IMG/VR virus record: IMGVR_UViG_3300034073_000667
Span: 1-58,956 of that record
Source: a virus
Lineage: Duplodnaviria; Caudoviricetes
Direction: 5' to 3' (one strand)
Length of the DNA: 58,956 nucleotides
The notes beneath the pieces were generated by a model. It ran no database searches. It was not told the DNA's origin and saw only the letters and a list, made by a program, of their open reading frames with translations. The first letter of the stretch is position 1. Every line of letters begins with the position of its first letter. Positions 54,729 through 58,956 of the stretch are shown here, piece by piece. Position numbers and translations under genes: made by a program.

Positions 54729-57011
54729 ATGGCAGTCTCCAACGTTGAGCTAAGGGTTGACGCACGCAATGCGATTGCCGCGTTGCAGCGCGTTAACAGC
54801 GCATCAGCTCAGGCCGAGGCCGCTACTCAAAAGCTAAAGTCTGCCTTTGCAACTGCCGGGCAGGTCCAGTCTGTTTTTGGCGCAAAAGTAGCCAATACAG
54901 AATCAGCAATACGCAAACAGATCGCAGCTTTGCAGGATGTGCAAAGCCGGGTTCAACTTGGTGGCGCTCTTTATCAAAAGGCCGCAAAGCAGATTGAGGA
55001 ATACGAAGCTCGATTGCGGGGTGCCAGCCGAGCGACATCAGATGCCGCTACGGCTTTGACCGGGTTGGCCGCTGGAGCAGCAGCTTTCAATGCTCAGCGT
55101 ATCGCCACGGCGTTTATTACCGCCGCTAACGCTGCCGATGGCGCCGAACGACGCATCAAGCTGGTTAGCCAAGGATTTGACGATTACAGGCTTGTTCTGC
55201 AAGTGGCAGAGGGGGCTGCTAAACGGTTTGGTTTATCGCAGATTCAGGCGTCAACAGCTATCGCAGACGTTTATACAAGGCTGCGCCCGGTAGGTTTTCA
55301 ACTCAATGAAATCAACGCGATTTATGAAGGTTTCAATACGGTAGTGAAGCTAAGCGGCGTTAGCGCTGAAGCTGCGAATGCTGCATTCTTGCAACTGTCG
55401 CAGGGTCTTGGTAGTGGCACTTTACAGGGTGATGAGCTGAGATCAGTTCTTGAGCAGATGCCTGCTATTGCTCAGGCAATTGCCAAGGAGATGGATATTA
55501 ATGTTGGCAGCATTAAGAAGTTTGGCTCGGAAGGAAAGATTACCGCTGAGGTTATTGTTAGAGCGCTTGATCGGGTGCGCACCGAAGGCGCCGCCAAATT
55601 AGCGCAAGCATTGGACACGCCCCAGCAAAGAGTCATTGATCTTCAGAATGCTTTTGAAGATTTCAAGGTTGAAGTAGGTGGCGCGGTGGCGCCGATTGTG
55701 ATTGCCTCAATTAAAGAAATTACAAAGGCACTTCAAGAAGCCACCAAGTTCACAGTGGATCTAAAAGCTGGTTTCATGGTGATGGGTGATGCGTTTGGTG
55801 GCATCAACCTAGGCATCGGATCAATGAATGAGGGATTGCTGGGTACTATTCTGCGACTAAATGAAATTGGCAGAAATAAAGGCTTGATAGCGCTGATGGA
55901 TATAATGACGCTTGGCGGCGCATCAACACTGGGCGGCATTGCCAGGCTTGGTAAGAAGCGTCGCGCAGGCGAGGGGTATGCAGCACCAGCAGGACCCGAA
56001 ATGCCAATTCGGCTTTCAATGCAAGGCCGGGCACTGGGCGGCGGCGGCGCTGCTAGCAAAGGCGCAGGAAACAAGGCGGCTCGTGAAGCCGCAGGTGGTG
56101 GTGGCGGCAAAACGCCCAAGACCAAGCAAGCCAAAGAAATTAAAGACATCACTGCGCAAGAGTTAGAGCTGCGGTTGCGGCTTGGCATTGCGCAGCAGAC
56201 ACAAAACAAACAACAAGATGCCTATTACACCAAGCAGCTCGCGTTGCTTGAGATTTCAAAGCAAGAGATCGGACCTAATAAGCGCAGAGCTCAGATCATG
56301 GCGGCTGTTGTTGAATATGCCACAACGCTTAAAGAGATTAACGAAGCCGAAGCAAAAGTCACACTGCCGACGATCGTTGAGCGGATTGCCGACATGGCCG
56401 CAGGTTACAGCAAAGCGCTTGACTTCACTGTTCAGCTAACGGAGCAGCAAAAGCAGCAAAAGGCATTAGCTGATGGCCTTGCCGGCACTATTGGCGAAGG
56501 GCTGGCGTCGTCCTTTAACGCATTGATCCAAGGCAGCGAGGACTTTGGCACTAGCTTGCGGCGCATTGCCTCTGGCGTGCTGATTGACATTGCCAACCAA
56601 CTGCTGCGGGTGTTCGTCATCCAAAAGGCAATCAACGCCCTTAGCGGATTGTTTGGCGGTGTGACTGGCGGCGGCGGCGGCTTTGCGCCTGGCGTTGGAT
56701 TTAACCCCAATGTGTTCTCCATGCCATCACTGCTTGGACGCGCCAAGGGCGGCAGCGTCATGGCAGGCCAGCCTTATCTAGTTGGCGAACGTGGTCCTGA
56801 GCTGTTTATGCCAGGCCGCAGTGGCGGCATTGCACCGACCGGCAGCTTTGGCGGTGCCGTTAGCGTGGTGGTCAACGTAGACGCAGGCGGCACCAGCGTG
56901 GAAGGTAACGAGCCGAATGCCAATCAGCTCGGTAGGATCGTCGGTGCTGCAGTGCAGGCTGAGATCGTCAAGATGCAACGTCCCGGCGGCCTGCTCGCCA
57001 ATACCCGCTAA
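54729..57011 (+). CDS. Tail tape measure protein (block B, 760 aa)
   Basis: QLSQGLGSG.LQGDELRSVLEQMP tape-measure domain; C-terminal YLVGERGPELF. Confidence 0.9.
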   Translation: MAVSNVELRVDARNAIAALQRVNSASAQAEAATQKLKSAFATAGQVQSVFGAKVANTESAIRKQIAALQDVQSRVQLGGALYQKAAKQIEEYEARLRGASRATSDAATALTGLAAGAAAFNAQRIATAFITAANAADGAERRIKLVSQGFDDYRLVLQVAEGAAKRFGLSQIQASTAIADVYTRLRPVGFQLNEINAIYEGFNTVVKLSGVSAEAANAAFLQLSQGLGSGTLQGDELRSVLEQMPAIAQAIAKEMDINVGSIKKFGSEGKITAEVIVRALDRVRTEGAAKLAQALDTPQQRVIDLQNAFEDFKVEVGGAVAPIVIASIKEITKALQEATKFTVDLKAGFMVMGDAFGGINLGIGSMNEGLLGTILRLNEIGRNKGLIALMDIMTLGGASTLGGIARLGKKRRAGEGYAAPAGPEMPIRLSMQGRALGGGGAASKGAGNKAAREAAGGGGGKTPKTKQAKEIKDITAQELELRLRLGIAQQTQNKQQDAYYTKQLALLEISKQEIGPNKRRAQIMAAVVEYATTLKEINEAEAKVTLPTIVERIADMAAGYSKALDFTVQLTEQQKQQKALADGLAGTIGEGLASSFNALIQGSEDFGTSLRRIASGVLIDIANQLLRVFVIQKAINALSGLFGGVTGGGGGFAPGVGFNPNVFSMPSLLGRAKGGSVMAGQPYLVGERGPELFMPGRSGGIAPTGSFGGAVSVVVNVDAGGTSVEGNEPNANQLGRIVGAAVQAEIVKMQRPGGLLANTR

Positions 57012-57355
57012 TGGCTACCTTTCCCGCGATCAGTCCTACCTATGGCGCCGAGAAGCGCAGCGCCCCGAAGCGGCGTGTGGTGCAGTTTGGCGATGGCTAC
57101 GAGCAACGATTGACCTATGGACTGAACCAGAATCCAAAAGAGTGGTCATTGACCTGGAACAACATCACCGAGGCCAACGCGGACACCATCGAGACCTTCC
57201 TTGATGCCCGTGCTGCTGATGCGGCTGCATTTGACTGGACACCACCAGATGAGGCAACCGCTTACAAGTGGGTCTGTGATAGCTGGAGCAAGTCCATTCC
57301 GTACAACGGCAGGGCGATAATTAATGCCACCTTCCGCCAAGTGTTCGAGCCCTGA
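57011..57355 (+). CDS. Minor tail protein M, copy B
   Basis: FGDGYEQR..GLNQNPK.W.L and FDWTPP motifs. Confidence 0.9.
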   Translation: MATFPAISPTYGAEKRSAPKRRVVQFGDGYEQRLTYGLNQNPKEWSLTWNNITEANADTIETFLDARAADAAAFDWTPPDEATAYKWVCDSWSKSIPYNGRAIINATFRQVFEP

Positions 57356-58248
57356 TGGCCTACACCGCCTGGCAAGCCAGCACGAGCTACGCGGTCGGCG
57401 CCATCGTCCGCGCCACGACCACACAGGCCAGCGGGCTGGTGTTCCGTTGCACTGTGGCAGGCACCAGCGCTAGCACGGAACCAGCATGGCCGACCGACAT
57501 CGGCAGCACGATCACAGATGGCGGCGTCACATGGGCAGCGATCAGCAGCGTCTACGAAGAGCTGGCGGTCCTAGGTCCGAACGCCATTATCGAGCTGTTC
57601 GAGCTGCAGCTTGACACCACGCTGCACGGCGCCAGCACCACCTACTACTGGCACAACGGCGTCAATGCCGACGTCACCGGCAACATCGTGTTTGACGGCA
57701 ACACCTACGTCAGGCTCCCGGTCGAGGCGACGGGCTTTGATTACACCAGCTCCGGCAGCCTGCCGCGTCCGACGCTGCGAATCAGCAACCTGTTCAGCGA
57801 CATGACCACGCTGCTGCTGCTGGTCAACGCGACCACACCCGGCAACGACCTGGGCGGCGCCACAGTGCGGCGGATCCGCACGCTAAAGAAGTTCCTCGAT
57901 GGCGAGGCCAACGCCGACCCTAATGCCCGCTTCCCAACGGAGATATGGTACGTCGATCGGAAGTCGAACGAGAACCGCGATCTGGTTGAGTTCGAGCTGG
58001 CCAGCAAGTTCGACCTGGCCGGCGTCATGCTGCCACAGCGGCAGATCATCGCCAACGTCTGCCAATGGAAGTATCGTGGCGCTGAGTGCGGCTACACCGG
58101 CAGCAACTACTGGAACGTGAACGATCAGGTCGTTGGCACCTTGGCGGCTGATGTATGCGGCAAGCGGGTGGAGAGCTGCAAGCTGCGGTTTGGTGCCACT
58201 GCTGAGTTGCCGTTCGGAAGCTACCCGGGGGCGGGACTTACGACCTAG
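57355..58248 (+). CDS. Minor tail protein L, copy B
   Basis: 11 substitutions relative to copy A over 297 aa (manual comparison). Confidence 0.92.
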   Translation: MAYTAWQASTSYAVGAIVRATTTQASGLVFRCTVAGTSASTEPAWPTDIGSTITDGGVTWAAISSVYEELAVLGPNAIIELFELQLDTTLHGASTTYYWHNGVNADVTGNIVFDGNTYVRLPVEATGFDYTSSGSLPRPTLRISNLFSDMTTLLLLVNATTPGNDLGGATVRRIRTLKKFLDGEANADPNARFPTEIWYVDRKSNENRDLVEFELASKFDLAGVMLPQRQIIANVCQWKYRGAECGYTGSNYWNVNDQVVGTLAADVCGKRVESCKLRFGATAELPFGSYPGAGLTT

Positions 58249-58254
58249 GGCACG

Positions 58255-58956
58255 ATGAAGCTGACCGACACGCTCAAGGCTGACATCCTGGCGCACGCGC
58301 AGGCCGAGGATCCCCGCGAGTGCTGCGGATTGATCCATGTGGTCAAAGGCCGGCGCCGCTACTACCCGTGCCGCAACATCGCCGCTACACCGGATGAGCA
58401 TTTCGTCTTGGATCCGACCGACTACGCAACAGCCGAAGACCTGGGCGAGATCGTGGCCGTGGTGCATAGCCATCCGGTAACGCAGCCAGTGCCATCAGCA
58501 GCGGATCAAATCGGCTGCAACAACAGCGGCCTGCCGTGGGTGATCGTCAACCCCAAAACTGAGGCATGGGGCGGCTGCGAGCCTGTAGCGTTTGAGCTGC
58601 CATACGTCGGCCGTGAGTTCGTGTTCGGTGTGGTGGACTGCTATGCCCTAGTGCGGGACTGGTACAAACGCGAGTGGGGCTTGATGCTGGCAGATTTTGA
58701 GCGGCGTGATCGGTTCTGGGAGCGCGGCGAGAACCTGTACCTTGACGGCTATCGCTCGCAGGGATTCAGGCCGGTGCCATTTGAGGAGTTGCAATACGGC
58801 GACGCGATCCTGATGCAACTGTTGGCAGGCCTGCCCAACCATGCTGCGGTCTACTTGGGCGACCAGCAAATCCTGCATCATGTGCAAGGGCGACTCAGTA
58901 GCCGCGACGTGTTTGGCGGTTACTATGTCAAGAGCACTGCCCTGGTCTTGCGGCAT
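58255..58956 (+). CDS. Tail assembly protein K, copy B (truncated by the window end)
   Basis: Near-identical to 17241-17942; lacks the last 3 codons and the stop. Confidence 0.9.
   Translation, partial: MKLTDTLKADILAHAQAEDPRECCGLIHVVKGRRRYYPCRNIAATPDEHFVLDPTDYATAEDLGEIVAVVHSHPVTQPVPSAADQIGCNNSGLPWVIVNPKTEAWGGCEPVAFELPYVGREFVFGVVDCYALVRDWYKREWGLMLADFERRDRFWERGENLYLDGYRSQGFRPVPFEELQYGDAILMQLLAGLPNHAAVYLGDQQILHHVQGRLSSRDVFGGYYVKSTALVLRH

Larger units (their letters stand above)
57339..58956 (+). repeat. Copy 2 of the L-K duplication; terminal 127 nt exactly match 17816-17942
   Basis: Last mismatch is 58829 (G) vs 17815 (A); 58830-58956 are identical. Confidence 0.97.

Noticed and set aside
57339-58956. 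Direct terminal repeat of a linear genome
   Set aside because: The match is to an internal site (15660-17942), not to the window start, and the copies differ by SNPs and an HNH insertion
1-58956. tRNA/rRNA genes and photosynthesis auxiliary genes
   Set aside because: None recognised by eye; intergenic gaps are short. tRNAscan-SE and Infernal would be needed to exclude them formally

Overview
Tailed dsDNA phage (siphovirus-type) sequence. The host is probably a picocyanobacterium, inferred from a cyanobacterial-type RpoD-like sigma factor. The window carries two complete and very different head-and-tail morphogenesis blocks. Block A (156-15676) has a lambda-type Nu1/gpA terminase, a lambda-type portal, a multidomain protease-capsid polyprotein, one tail tube and a 1325-aa tape measure. 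Block B (42611-57355) has a Terminase_6-type terminase, a DUF4055-like portal, a Mu gpF-like protein, a scaffold, a separate capsid, two tandem tail-tube paralogs and a 760-aa tape measure. Both blocks run into near-identical lambda-like tail-tip genes L and K; only the first copy has an HNH gene between them. The last 127 nt are an exact copy of 17816-17942, so 17943-58956 closes into a self-sufficient circle of about 41 kb. This is most simply a lasso-shaped co-assembly of two phages that share a tail-tip module, although a real two-virion genome cannot be excluded from sequence alone. Between the blocks lie I, J, a tail fibre, lysis genes, the sigma factor, dCTP deaminase, SSB/Bet/RecE, helicases, a helicase-methyltransferase fusion, a P4-type primase-helicase with an iteron origin, and a beta clamp. 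The most unusual gene-level feature is a non-splicing-type Hint (intein-like) domain at the N-terminus of tail-tip protein J, flanked by a duplicated IQGASTGGG peptide. No integrase, tRNA, CRISPR array or reverse transcriptase was seen. All family assignments come from motif recognition by eye; no database searches were run.
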